A stretch of DNA of 64,000 nucleotides, from contig NC_134030.1 in the NCBI RefSeq assembly GCF_964204645.1, positions 62,001-126,000 on the forward strand. The letters are read 5' to 3'. A program made the position numbers and the translations under genes. Positions 24,896 to 37,609 of this stretch are shown here, in pieces; position 1 is the first letter of the stretch; every line of letters begins with the position of its first letter. The notes beneath the pieces were generated by a model. The model made no database searches. It was not told where the DNA came from and saw only the letters and a program-made list of their open reading frames with translations. This stretch comes from Tubulanus polymorphus (taxonomy: Eukaryota; Animalia; Nemertea).

Positions 24896-27800
24896 ATGTC
24901 GTCGATTTCTAATAAAACGACAATCGTGTGTAAAAATCTACACGAATATTTAACACAACTTCCGGATACAGTTTTAGATCGATTATACAACAATCCGGCG
25001 ACATGTCTCGCTGTTATCAGGTCATTCATTCATTCCTGTGTTAAACTGTCTCCAGTGGGGCAGTGCTGTAGCTAAAAGCGCTTACTTATTTTACTCTAAG
25101 TTTTTTTGGGTCCATCGATCATGTTCGTTCTTGACCATTAGGCCTAGTACCTCAATTAGTCTCTTTGAATTGACCAGCTGAACAACTGCAACTGTGTCTC
25201 TAATGGTCCTCACAGTAGGGGCTCATATTTGAAGTTTAGGAATGAATTGTAGATGAGATATCGATCCAGTATCCCATAGTGCCGGCAGGATAGGCCCTAC
25301 TGGATGATCTAAGCTACAGTTCACTCCCAAACTTCAATACAAGCCCTTGTACCTCAATAACGCTTGCGCCATACATTGTAATGTCTATTTCAACCTGACT
25401 TGAGAGCATTCCTGGTGGCCTAGCTCAGTTAGTTTTGGTAGTACATACCTGATAGAAGTCTTATTAGGACCAGAAAGGACTGGCAGTCGACCTAAATCAT
25501 CATTTTTTAATCCACTTTAAACTGTATTGAAGGATATCCAAAAAGTCTTCACTGAAAGGGGTTAAATGAAGAGAAGTGACTCCATGATTTGAAGTCTAAT
25601 AATATGTTTCCATGCCTACGTACCAAACTTCAGAATGATGATTTAGGTTGACTGCCAGTCCTTTCTGGTCCTAATAAGACTTCTATCAAGTATGTACTAC
25701 CAAAACTGACTGAGCTAGGCCACCAGGAATGCTCTCAAGTCAGGTTGAAATAGACATTAGTTAATTACCTGTAATCATTGGTGGTAAGCTTTTATAACCG
25801 GTTGTTAAAAACTAAACCATAGACAGATTACTCACACCTAAACTACGGTTACGCCGGGCCAGCTACTAGGACTGGGTGGTAACCCGTAGATTTACAAGTC
25901 CTCAGCCTAGGTAGCTGCGTCCAATTTGTGATGAACCCCTCGCGTGGGAGGGTACCCTCTCACAAGCCTCCCTTGTTTACAAATCCATCCATGTTTGTTG
26001 CTGTGGTTAAAGGTTAAACTGTTTTGTAACTGAAAAATCTCAATAAGTTGATTTGTTTGATTGTAATTTCAGACAACTACCAGTTTTAGGTCAACATTTT
26101 GTAATGAGATTATTGTTTGTTGATCAGGCAGTTCCTCAGGCTATTGTTTCATCGTGGATTTTAAACTCTTGTGATAAGTATGTACTCTTTAAACCTCTCT
26201 CTCTCTTTCATTGATTCTCTCTCTGATTCAATGATTTAAATGAAAGTACTTTGTATTTCAGAAAATACAATGAAACCAGTAAAATATTGAAAGATTTGAA
26301 AGTTTTACAAGAAGAAGTAATTCCTGGAGGTTTACGAGGATGGATTTTAAATTCCACATTTAAATCTAACTTCAAAATAGCTTTACTCGGAGGGTTAGTA
26401 TTTTAAAAATTACATGACTCAGATACATAGTTACTGGACTCAATTCCACAGTTACTGGACTCAATTCCACAGTTACTGGACTCAATTCCACAGTTCTGGA
26501 CTCTGTTCCACAGTTCTGGACTCTGTTCCACAGTTCTGGACTCTGTTCCACAGTTACTAGACTCTGTTCCACAGTTCTGGACTCTGTTCCACAGTTACTA
26601 GACTCTGTTCCACAGTTCTGGACTCTGTTCTGCAGTTACTAGACTCTGTTCCACTGTTCTGGACACTGTTCCGCAGTAACTGTACCCTGTTCTACAATTT
26701 TGGACTCAGTTCTACATTTGTGTATCCAGTTCCACAGTTCAGGACTCCACAGTTGATTAGCGATGTTTATAACTGACTCGAGGTTCAGTCCTTACATATT
26801 GAATAACTGTCCGTGTGTATTATTGTGTTTTTAGTGGTAATGTTTGGCCTGGTTCTGGTACGGCTCAAGGTGCTGATAAACACAGTAAAGATGTCACATT
26901 TTTAGATAACTATGCGATGGAGAGATGGGAGGTACGAGGATCACTCTCTCTCTCACAGATTCAAACATGTTCTCATTCCAACTGAATATCGTTATTGTAT
27001 ATTTTATAGTGCGTTTTAAATTTTATGGTCGGTTCTAAAGAAACAACTCAAGGAATGAGTCGAGATATCGTCGAGATTTTACTCTTCGCCGGGTTAATGA
27101 AAGTGTAAGTACCGCCCCCTAGTGACCTCGATGAAAACTACTACGCCTCCTAGTGTAGAGATGTTATATCGATATATTGTAGCGATGATTCAGGGGGGAT
27201 TCCCCGAATAACTCCGTCAGGATTCCAGTTTCTGTTGATGGAGAATTCAAGTCAAATCTGGTATTTTATGCTTCAATATCTGGAAACGGTTGAGGTACAT
27301 TTTAGTGATTACATCGTAAATTCAACGATTACATCGTAAATTCAACGATTACATCGTAAATTCAACGATTACATCGTAAATCAAACGATTACATCGTAAA
27401 TTCAACGATTACATCGTAAATTCAACGATTACATCGTAAATTCAACGATTACATCGTAAATTCAACGATTACATCGTAAATTCAACGATTGCATCGTTAA
27501 TTCAACGATTACATCGCAAATTCAACGATTACATCGTAAATTCAATGATTGCATCGTAAATTCAACGATTACATCGTAAATTCAACGATTACATCGTAAA
27601 TTCAAGGATTACATCGTAAATTCAAGGATTACATCGTAAATTCAACGATTACATCGTAAATTCAACGATTACATCGTAAAATCAACGATTACATCGTAAA
27701 TTCAATGATTACATGTATATTTTTCAGTCTAGAGGGATGGATTTGGTGGAATGTTTATCATTTTTATTTCAACTCAGTTTTTCTAGTTTAGGCAATGTAA

Positions 27801-30800
27801 GTATTACAAGTTGATAGTGAGAGATTGTTTTAACCCCCCTCCCCCTCAACTCTCACCCCCCTCAACCCTCAACTCTCAGCTCTTACCTGATGACTGTGTA
27901 TAATATTTATATACAGGATTATTGTACTGATGGAATGAGTGAAACGCAGCTGAAATTATTACAGAATTTACGTGAATTTGGTTTAGTTTATCAAAGAAAG
28001 GTAAATACTGAACTTAATCAGAGTCGCACGGTGAGTGTCACACTGTGAGTGTCTCTGTGAGTGTCACACTGTGAGTTTCACACTGTGAGTGTCGCACGCT
28101 CTGTGAGTGTCGCACGCCCTGTGAGTGTCACATAGTGAGTGTCGTTCTGCAAGGGTTGATCTTGCTTATAAAATGGGGGGCGTACATGGAATATTGGCTA
28201 ACTACCTACATGTGTTTGTGGCCCGTAAGTAATGGTTCAGCTGTTATCAGGGAGCACTGCCTGCATGAGACCCTAAAATTAGGGGTCTGTGGACAATGAG
28301 GTGCATTCTGAGCACCTTCCTCGTTAAAATTAGTATTGAAATATGTTCACTCTTTCACCATTTTCTAAACAAAAAGTCTTGGAGAGAAAATTCCGGTTGA
28401 AAAATAGGAGCGTGCGCCCCCTGCGTACCCCCCTGAATCTGCCACTGATCTCTGAGTGTCACTGTCTGCTGTTATTATCTATTTTAGAGGAAGTCTCAGA
28501 GATACTACCCGACAAGGCTAGCTATCAATCTTACATCAGGAATGTCACAGGTTTCAACACAAACAGCTAGACCTGGATTTATAGTTGTGGAAACTAACTA
28601 TAGAATATATGCTTATACTAGTAAGTTTTACCTCTCCTTACCTCTCCTTCTAGGAGCTACTCCTCCTGACCTCTCCTTCTAGGAGCTACTCCTCCTGACC
28701 TCTCCTTCTAGGAGCTACTCCTCCTGACCTCTCCTTCTAGGAGCTACTCCTCCTTACCTCTCCTAAAAGCTACTCCTCCTTACCTCCCCTATAGGAGCTA
28801 CTCCTCCTGACCTCCCCTTCTAGGAGCTACTCCTCCTTACCTCCCCTTCTAGGAGCTACGCCTCCTGACCTCTCCTTCTAGGAGCTACTCCTCCTTACCT
28901 CCCCTTCTAGGAGCTACGCCTCCTGACCTCTCCTTCTAGGAGCTACTCCTCCTGACCTCCCCTTCTAGGAGCTACTCCTCCTTACCTCCCCTTCTAGGAG
29001 CTACGCCTCCTGACCTCTCCTTCTAGGAGCTACTCCTCCTGACCTCCCCTTCTAGGAGCTACTCCTCCTTACCTCTCCTTCTAGGAGCTACTCCTCCTTA
29101 CCTCCCCTTCTAGGAGCTACGCCTCCTGACCTCTCCTTCTAGGAGCTACTCCTCCTGACCTCCCCTTCTAGGAGCTACTCCTCCTTACCTCTCCTTCTAG
29201 GAGCTACTCCTCCTTACCTCCCCTTCTAGGAGCTACGCCTCCTGACCTCTCCTTCTAGGAGCTACTCCTCCTGACCTCTCCTTCTAGGAGCTACTCCTCC
29301 TTACCTCCCCTTCTAGGAGCTACGCCTCCTGACCTCTCCTTCTAGGAGCTACTCCTCCTGACCTCCCCTTCTAGGAGCTACTCCTCCTTACCTCCCCTTC
29401 TAGGAGCTACGCCTCCTGACCTCTCCTTCTAGGAGCTACTCCTCCTTACCTCCCCTTCTAGGAGCTACGCCTCCTGACCTCTCCTTCTAGGAGCTACTCC
29501 TCCTTACCTCCCCTTCTAGGAGCTACGCCTCCTGACCTCTCCTTCTAGGAGCTACTCCTCCTGACCTCCCCTTCTAGGAGCTACTCCTCCTTACCTCCCC
29601 TTCTAGGAGCTACGCCTCCTGACCTCTCCTTCTAGGAGCTACTCCTCCTGACCTCCCCTTCTAGGAGCTACTCCTCCTTACCTCCCCTTCTAGGAGCTAC
29701 GCCTCCTGACCTCTCCTTCTAGGAGCTACTCCTCCTGACCTCCCCTTCTAGGAGCTACTCCTCCTTACCTCTCCTTCTAGGAGCTACTCCTCCTTACCTC
29801 CCCTTCTAGGAGCTACGCCTCCTGACCTCTCCTTCTAGGAGCTACTCCTCCTTACCTCCCCTTCTAGGAGCTACGCCTCCTGACCTCTCCTTCTAGGAGC
29901 TACTCCTCCTTACCTCCCCTTCTAGGAGCTACGCCTCCTGACCTCTCCTTCTAGGAGCTACTCCTCCTTACATCCCCTTCTAGGAGCTACGCCTCCTGAC
30001 CTCTCCTTCTAGGAGCTACTCCTCCTGACCTCCCCTTCTAGGAGCTACTCCTCCTTACCTCTCCTTCTAGGAGCTACTCCTCCTTACCTCCCCTTCTAGG
30101 AGCTACGCCTCCTGACCTCTCCTTCTAGGAGCTACTCCTCCTGACCTCCCCTTCTAGGAGCTACTCCTCCTTACCTCTCCTTCTAGGAGCTACTCCTCCT
30201 TACCTCCCCTTCTAGGAGCTACGCCTCCTGACCTCTCCTTCTAGGAGCTACTCCTCCTTACCTCTCCTTCTAGGAGCTACTCCTCCTGACCTCCCCTTCT
30301 AGGAGCTACTCCTCCTTACCTCCCCTTCTAGGAGCTACGCCTCCTGACCTCTCCTTCTAGGAGCTACTCCTCCTGACCTCTCCTTCTAGGAGCTACTCCT
30401 CCTTACCTCGCCTTCTAGGAGCTACTCCTCCTTACCTCCCCTTCTAGGAGCTACTCCTCCTTACCTCGCCTTCTAGGAGCTACTCCTCCTGACCTCCCCT
30501 TCTAGGAGCTACTCCTCCTGACCTCCCCTTCTAGGAGCTACTCCTCCTGACCTCTCCTTCTAGGAGCTACTCCTCCTGACCTCCCCTTCTAGGAGCTACT
30601 CCTCCTTACTAAGATTCTATGATTCTATTTGTTAGATTCTCCTCTTCAAGTGGCTCTGATTGGTTTGTTTGCTGATCTCATTTACAGGTAATTTTCGTTG
30701 AACCCAATTTTTCAGTCGTGAAATTCAATCACATTTACATAAATGAATAAATTTATTTTAGATTTCCAAACATGTGTGTGGCTAATGTTACTAGAGAAAG

Positions 30801-32225
30801 TGTCAGACAAGCTTTAATTATGGGTATAACAGCTCAACAGGTCAGTTCAGCTTTAATAACATGTCAGTTCAGCTTTAATTACATGTCAGTTCAGCTTTAA
30901 TTAACACCTCATGCATTATGTAATTGTATGTAATATGAAATTGGTTTTGTTTTACAGATAATCAATTTTCTAAGAAGTCACGCTCATCCTCAAACACTGA
31001 ATCAGGTACTGTAATTGTTGGGATCAGATTTTTAACTAGTTCCAGTGGAGTTTATATGCATTCTATTTTGATTACAGATTCCTGTAATCCCTCCTACAAT
31101 CACTGATCAGATTGCAGTGGAGTTTATATGTGTTCTATTTTGATTACAGATTCCTGTAATCCCTCCTACAATCACTGATCAGATTGCAGTGGAGTTTATA
31201 TGTGTTCTATTTTGATTACAGATTCCTGTAATCCCTCCTACAATCACTGATCAGATTGCAGTGGAGTTTATATGTGTTCTATTTTGATTACAGATTCCTG
31301 TAATCCCTCCGACAATCACTGATCAGATTGCAGTGGAGTTTATAGTAGTTATATTTTGATTACAGATTCCAGTAATCCCTCCTACAATCACTGATCAGAT
31401 TCGACTATGGGAATTAGAAAGAGACAGATTCAGATTCAATGATGGAGTTTTATACAATCAATTCAATTCAATACAAGACTTCGAATTACTCCGCAATTAT
31501 GCCAAGGTATGAACAGTGTTGGTTGGTTTGTTTGTTGATCTTGTTTTGTTCCCATCTTTGGTTTCCTAACCCTAACAACCTTAGTATTGAATTGATCATT
31601 TAACCTCACGACCAGGCCACAGTGTTTGAAGTGCAGCAGCAGCAGCAGCAGCAGCCCAACACGACTAGGAACCTCAAACAGCAAAATGTGCATCATGCCT
31701 TACCCCTTTCATCCTCACTTGCCAGGGTTTGTTCGCCTACCCGTGAAGCTCACGGCAACACAAACCCTTCAATGGTTTATATTACATTGCCCAAGATTTC
31801 TGTCGGACTGGTTGCTGCTCAGCAGCTACTGGTCTATATATCTAGCCAATCAGATTTGTATTTTGTATTTGATGCCATTGAAAAACAACGCATCTGATTG
31901 GCTTAATACGTAGACTGGTGGCCACTTAGCGGCAACCTGTCCGCCCAAGAAATCTTGGACAACACGTAATAGACCATTGAAGAGTTTGCGTTGGTCTGAG
32001 CAAACCCTGGCAAGTGAGGATACCCTTTGAGCTACTGAGACTTGAGGGTTATTCATTACTTGAAGGAGGTAGATTTGGATTAATTAATTTATTTGTTTAT
32101 ATCTGTTGTAGGATTTAGGAGTTTTAGTTTGGGAGAACCCGATCAAGAGAGCGATGGTCGTCACTAAGGGCAGTCACGACGAGGTCAGGAAATTCTGGAA
32201 ACGACAACGACCTCAAACCACGTGA
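24896..32225 (+). CDS. GTF2H4: General transcription factor IIH subunit 4 (p52/Tfb2); 14 exons: 24896-25020, 26073-26177, 26262-26393, 26835-26931, 27010-27104, 27183-27294, 27728-27796, 27917-28000, 28488-28620, 30636-30687, 30762-30840, 30958-31005, 31366-31506, 32112-32225
   Basis: [29 protein letters not shown]; [15 protein letters not shown]; [11 protein letters not shown]; [25 protein letters not shown]; [15 protein letters not shown]; [17 protein letters not shown]; [11 protein letters not shown]. Confidence 0.96.
25217..25348. mobile_element. Old degenerate MITE-like inverted repeat in GTF2H4 intron 1
   Basis: AGGGGCTCATATTTGAAGTTTAGGAATGAATTGTAG pairs imperfectly with CTACAGTTCACTCCCAAACTTCAATACAAGCCCTT. 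Confidence 0.55.
25381..25757. mobile_element. Young MITE with about 125-bp TIRs and TA target duplication (Tc1/mariner-type)
   Basis: TA|ATGTCTATTTCAACCTGACTTGAGAGC...GCTCTCAAGTCAGGTTGAAATAGACAT|TA; arms nearly identical. Confidence 0.88.
27308..27714. repeat. 20-bp tandem repeat, about 20 copies, in GTF2H4 intron 6
   Basis: TTCAACGATTACATCGTAAA. Confidence 0.96.
28630..30610. repeat. 29-bp minisatellite, about 68 copies, filling GTF2H4 intron 9
   Basis: CTCTCCTTCTAGGAGCTACTCCTCCTGAC; period 29 (28651, 28680). Confidence 0.97.
31044..31400 (+). repeat. 72-bp tandem repeat (5 copies) containing the GTF2H4 exon-13 acceptor and the first 36 nt of the exon
   Basis: TTTTGATTACAG|ATTCCWGTAATCCCTCCTACAATCACTGATCAGATT with AG ending at 31077, 31149, 31221, 31293, 31365. 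Confidence 0.95.
31710..32022. mobile_element. Non-autonomous DNA transposon (about 313 bp) in GTF2H4 intron 13
   Basis: TIRs ATCCTCACTTGCCAGGGTTTG / CAAACCCTGGCAAGTGAGGAT; CCCTTT on both flanks. Confidence 0.75.
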
Positions 32226-33835
32226 CGCCCATCGATTCGACCTTCACGTGACCTCTATCAACAACCTCCCCTTTGACTCATTTGTTTAATCCGGTTGCTA
32301 TGGATACCAGATTCAAAGTGAGATAAAGTGCATTTTGTGACGATTCAAAGAATTGAATAGCAGTTTATTGTTGCTGTTTGATATTGAGATGCAGCTACCA
32401 GCAGCTGCATGTTTGTGTTCGGTACTATATTGTTGCTGTTTGATATTGAGATGCAGCTACCAGCAGCTGCATGTTTGTGTTCGGTACTATATTGTTGCTG
32501 TTTGATATTGAGATGCAGCTACCAGCAGCTGCATGTTTGTGTTCGGTACTATATTGTTGATTTGTATTTGATAACGTGTATATATTGTGTTATATAGGAT
32601 TTACATAAGATTAAAAACTACTGAAAAATAGAAATTGATTGTTTTTAGTTCATTGTGCTGAGAGAGGAAAGAAAATGATAGGAGTAATTTTAACAGGAGA
32701 TCTAGGAACACTCGGTGTAGATGTCTAATCTCTAAAATAATAGAAACATTGAAAGAGTCTATTTGAACAAGTGCCGTATAGTGTTTATACACTGGCAGTG
32801 TGTTACTATAAATAGAAGCGGGGGCGTGTGGGCGCGAAACCACTTCCTGTTATTGTATTTTAGTTGTACTGATACGAGGACATTGACCTAGCAACCTCAT
32901 CAGCAGCAGCAGCTGCAGTAACCGCGGAGTCAGCTGCAGACACTGGGTCAGTGACATCACACACAGCCGCCTGCGCTGATGCCTACATAAACAGTATCTT
33001 AGAACTGATAGTGACGACATACAAGAGTCTGAGTCATCCTCTCGCTCGTCTCTGGTGTAAAACATGTTTCTGTTATTGCGGTTTGGTGCGCGCGTCGCCC
33101 GGGTTCCAGGTCAAATGCCTGAATTCCGGTAAAAACTATTTACTACAAATTACCGCAAGTTTCTCTATAAATAGACGTGAGTAACGTGAATAAATATTTA
33201 AACTAGACGTGACAGTAAACACTTCACACAACTCAATCCGAGATTATATTGTCAGAACCCCTGCTGGCCGCCTGGTGTCCGCGGCCTATAAGCCGCCAGG
33301 TCCCGGTACAGTGACCCAGTACGGAGCCGTTGTCAGCTATCGTGGGGAAGGGGTAGTTTCTCCCTCCCAAGACATTTTGGAACAGTTCTCCTTTTTGCAA
33401 ATATTATTGTAATATCCCAATAGAATTGCCCTTTTTCGGGATTCTCTGCCCCTAGAATCGCTAGTTACGGCTCCGGTTGTTGGTACCCCGTGGTGTTGGT
33501 GTCAGTAGCAGTGACGTGTTTTGAAGTAACAACGGTTTTTGCATAATAAACAGATTTATTTGCATAAAATCGATAAAGAAAAACAGCCACTGAATGGATG
33601 GATCGCTCCAATCCTGCTGATCCTGATGGAGCCGTTGTTGATCTCTTCAAGTGGAGGTCAAGTGCTTTAATAATCCTAACAGTAAACAAAATTCCATACA
33701 TTCCACTCGGTACTAGGCAACACTGGATCAAAACTTACTGTTACAGTCAGAAATAGTTCCGCATCCATCTATATTGATTGTCTGGACAATAAAAAGGGTT
33801 TGTGGGCTTACGGGGCGAAACCTTGATCACTTTGC

Positions 33836-34070
33836 GTAACCCTAACCCTAACCCTAACCCTAATTAGGTTCGACCCTAGGCTCCACTGTAACCCTAACCC
33901 TAGGTTAGGGCTGACAGTAACCCTAACCCTAGCAGGACCCGAACCTGCTACCTCCAGCATACCAGCCGAGCATGCTAACCACTAGACCATAGACCAGTAG
34001 TGACTGACGGAGTTTGTAAGTTTGTCTGGTCAGGTGTATAGTGACTGGTGACCAGTCAGGTGTGGTTACT
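33836..34070 (-). mobile_element. tRNA-derived SINE-like element with TTAGGG tail, copy 2
   Basis: Minus strand GGTCTATGGTCTAGTGGTTAGCATG...GCAGGTTCGGGTCCTGCTAGGGTTAGGG, with more TTAGGG units down to 33836. Confidence 0.7.
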
Positions 34071-36989
34071 CTGTGTGGTCACTAATACCGCTATCATTCT
34101 CTAATTTATGCAACTTCTAATCTTCTGTTGCTTCTCAAATTCCGATCCAAACTCAGTTATTGCGCCATAAAGATTGTAAAAATCTTGGCTGCACTGAAAA
34201 GTGTTTAATGGCCGTTTTAAACTGATGTAGCGAGTGCCTGGGTCGATTGCAACCGATTCGTTGTAAAATTCAGGTAATATTTCGCAAGAGGCTTTTGTTT
34301 ATCGGCGGGTCACGTGGTCGTTCAGATATTGTTGATATATTTCTAAGAATTTTATAAACCGCAGACTTTTAGAGAGGGCGAACTCGACGTGGTGTAGGCA
34401 GTCTTCACGTCATTAAACATGTTTTAAAAAACTGTTCAATGAACACCTGTTTTTTTTTTCATTTAGTATTGATAAAACTGCACCCTGCCTTACCGACCGT
34501 TTCTCTCCCCCTCTCTCCCCCTCTCCCCTCCCCTCTCCCTCATCAGTAGAAAGGCCCCCTGGTTCACCCAGTGCGGGCAGTGGTTGTCTCCACAAAGATC
34601 TCCGACGATCCTAATGTGACCAACCTCACGAACATCAGACACTAAGGTTCTAGGTGAAGGGACTGGGCCCGGCACCCGGTATCTAAAAACATTGAGGCGA
34701 CTGGGCCCTCAAACCCCTAGGAGGCCTCTGTATGCGGACATATAGAAGCTCAACCCAGTAGCCCTGGTTACGACAGTGCCTCCCCCTTCTACTATTTGAA
34801 ATATAGATCTAGAAATCACCTACAAAATATGCATTAAAAATAATGGCGAGTTTTGAAAAATGTATATCATTCTTATTTGAATGAAATAAACACGTTTTAT
34901 AAATATCATATTGCACTGGTTATAGAATAGACTATAGATCAGCAGGAATTCGAAATATTCAACACTGAATTCCGTTATTTCAAATACTGTTTTTATTGAT
35001 TTTGTGTTTATGGAATCAGTGAGGAATTTCCGTTAACCTTTTATTTAGAAACAGATAATAACGTATAGATCATAATCGTGTACACAAAGGTCAAGGTTGT
35101 TTATACTATCGGTCAACAAATTGTTGGTGACGGATTAAAAATCTGTCTGACCCGAGTTCAAAACCGAAGCAGCTGCCGAGCTGGAATTATGCGGCATCGA
35201 ATCTGAAGAATATTTCTGTAGAAGTTGTTTTGAATCCGGGGTGGACTCAGTTCAATAATTGTGTGACATTCACTTAGTTGAATCAATTGGGATCAAATTG
35301 TAACTCACAACTGTGAAACTGGATCCATCTAGAGAAAGAAACATGAACCTCGTTATAACGTCCTCGGATTCAACGGTTATAAAAAACCTCATTTGTTGCC
35401 CAAATATGAAAATTTCAGTAATTTCGTACTGTTATTGGATGTGATTTTCTAATGCCCCAAAGGTTCCGCTGTGTTCGTCCTAGAGGTTCGTCTTTCGATC
35501 CCCGTTTTTGAACAAATTGGATAAAAAACCGTCTACATTTTCAACAAAACATTTGTATTTCTTTTCAATGTTATTATAAATCTGAAAGTACAATAGATAT
35601 TGTTAAAACTCTATGCGCAGTCGAGCGATCTGTTTTTTACAGTCGCTCTGATTGTATTTCGTCGGTTCGGAATATAATTGATTTTCTATTATGCCACACT
35701 TTTCTTTAAGATTGTTATTTTTAGAAAGTCGGTATTATTTCAAATACAATAAACTAAGAACGGACAATAATAGATCGTGTCGGGGATAGATTCCAGTAGG
35801 AAGTATTTGAACAATAATCTGTTATTGTCTTTTTATACAATGTTTTAGTGATTTATTACAACAACGTTTTAGAAAAATATATTGTTATAAAATTGTTTTG
35901 TTGAGAAGAGAAAGAAATTCAAACAATCTGGCAAATAAAAAACGGGGGCCCGGATTTTATTTTATTGTTTGGTAGAAAAAATATATATATTTGTTCAAGT
36001 TGAATTTATAGATCGATTGTGGAATCCACAGTTCGGGGCCAAGGACTCAGTGGAAATGGATCCAAAAACTCTAGCGTGGATCCAGAGCCATTGGCTGGTT
36101 GAAACTGTGGAACTGGGTCCAGAATTGTGGAACTGTGGAGTCCAGAGCCATTGATTGTTACTCGGATCCTGAATGGAACTGTACTGGTAGAACTTGACAA
36201 GTCCAAGTCTACACAACCGGCCTTGTCTAGCAGACTATTTCAATGTCTCAAGTTGAAATCCGTTTTTCTAATGATTTATAAATATAGAATACGAAATACC
36301 GCGGATCTGATCTTTATAAGTGTTTGAAAAAAAACAACTTTATCGCTTTCCGATAAATCATGAATAAAACTGACTGAGTCTCGGTCCCAGAACGCGACGA
36401 CTGGTCGCCGCCTCTCAAGTAGTGTTAGACTGGTGTCGTGTTTGTATATAATACAGGTTTTATAGTAAGAGAGAGTGATACTTCTATGTAAAACGTTTGA
36501 CTATAGAATAAACATTGATTCCATGAAGTGAGGATATTACAGTTCTCTCCGCTCGCTGTGGTATGTCGCGCCTACCGGCCACTGAGTCATAGGAGCCGAC
36601 ACGCATGCGCAGTAGTAACACGAATCTAGGTCCGCGCACACGCAGCAGGCAGTGGCGCGCGAGGTTTATCTGTGTCATATATATACAAACCGACAACAAC
36701 GCGACTGTTTAGTTTATTAATTACTGTTAAAGAAGAGAGAGAGAGGGAGAGAGAGAGAGCCATTTAATCCTATTGATCTATATATGGAAGTGTTATAGTT
36801 GACAGGACCCTCTCACTGTATCTCGTGGAATCTGGACTCAGATAAAAATATATACACTACGCGACATCGAGAAAATAGAATAAACAGAAACGTTTTTACA
36901 GTAGCAGCTGAAGAGAAGAGAGAAGAGAAGGAGAGAGAGAAGGAGAGAGAGGAGATTTGGTGGAATTCATCAGTAACACTATAGCGTGT

Positions 36990-37107
36990 CCTATATATAC
37001 GGATCACAACTATACATATATATATATATATATATTAGTCATCACAGTATAAGGACTGATAAAACATTATCAGTTGGAAAACTACTACTACCACTGCTGC
37101 TACTACA

Positions 37108-37140
<33 letters not shown>

Positions 37141-37182
37141 AATAGATGCTGTACCTACTATATCACTACAACTCCTTAAAAG
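36990..37182 (+). promoter_or_regulatory. Putative TATA box and first (5'UTR) exon of the ETS gene
   Basis: CTATATATA near 36991; donor AAG|GTAATT at 37182/37183; the ETS start codon at 39990 sits directly behind an acceptor, which suggests an upstream exon. Confidence 0.45.
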
Positions 37183-37609
37183 GTAATTAGTCTCTTATTT
37201 ATGAATTACAAACGCGATCTCTGAAAACATGAAACTTTTATGATTTGTAATAATTTTCCTAATTCGAACTTCTTTATATTGTAAAGTGTATTTTTAAATG
37301 TTTGTTTTTGTATCGATTTATTTCATATCGATTGTTGAAAATGTATCGATTTTTTAATTGTCATCTACGTAACAATACAAATCGTGACGTCAAACATTTA
37401 ATCGATATTGTATATTTTGAATATATAGATTTGAATTTCATCGTTACATTTATTTACAAAGTAACAATTCATTTACAAAGTAGAATTTCATTTATATTTT
37501 AACAAAATTACCGTAATCTTTATATTTACAATTACAACTAAAAAATAGTTTTAGGTTGAAATAAAATGATACAATAACGCATAGTAAAATAATAATATCT
37601 AAGCCAGTA

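Noticed and set aside
28160-28450. MITE-like right end CCCCCTGAATCTGCCACTG
   Set aside because: No matching left TIR found; at most a degraded fragment
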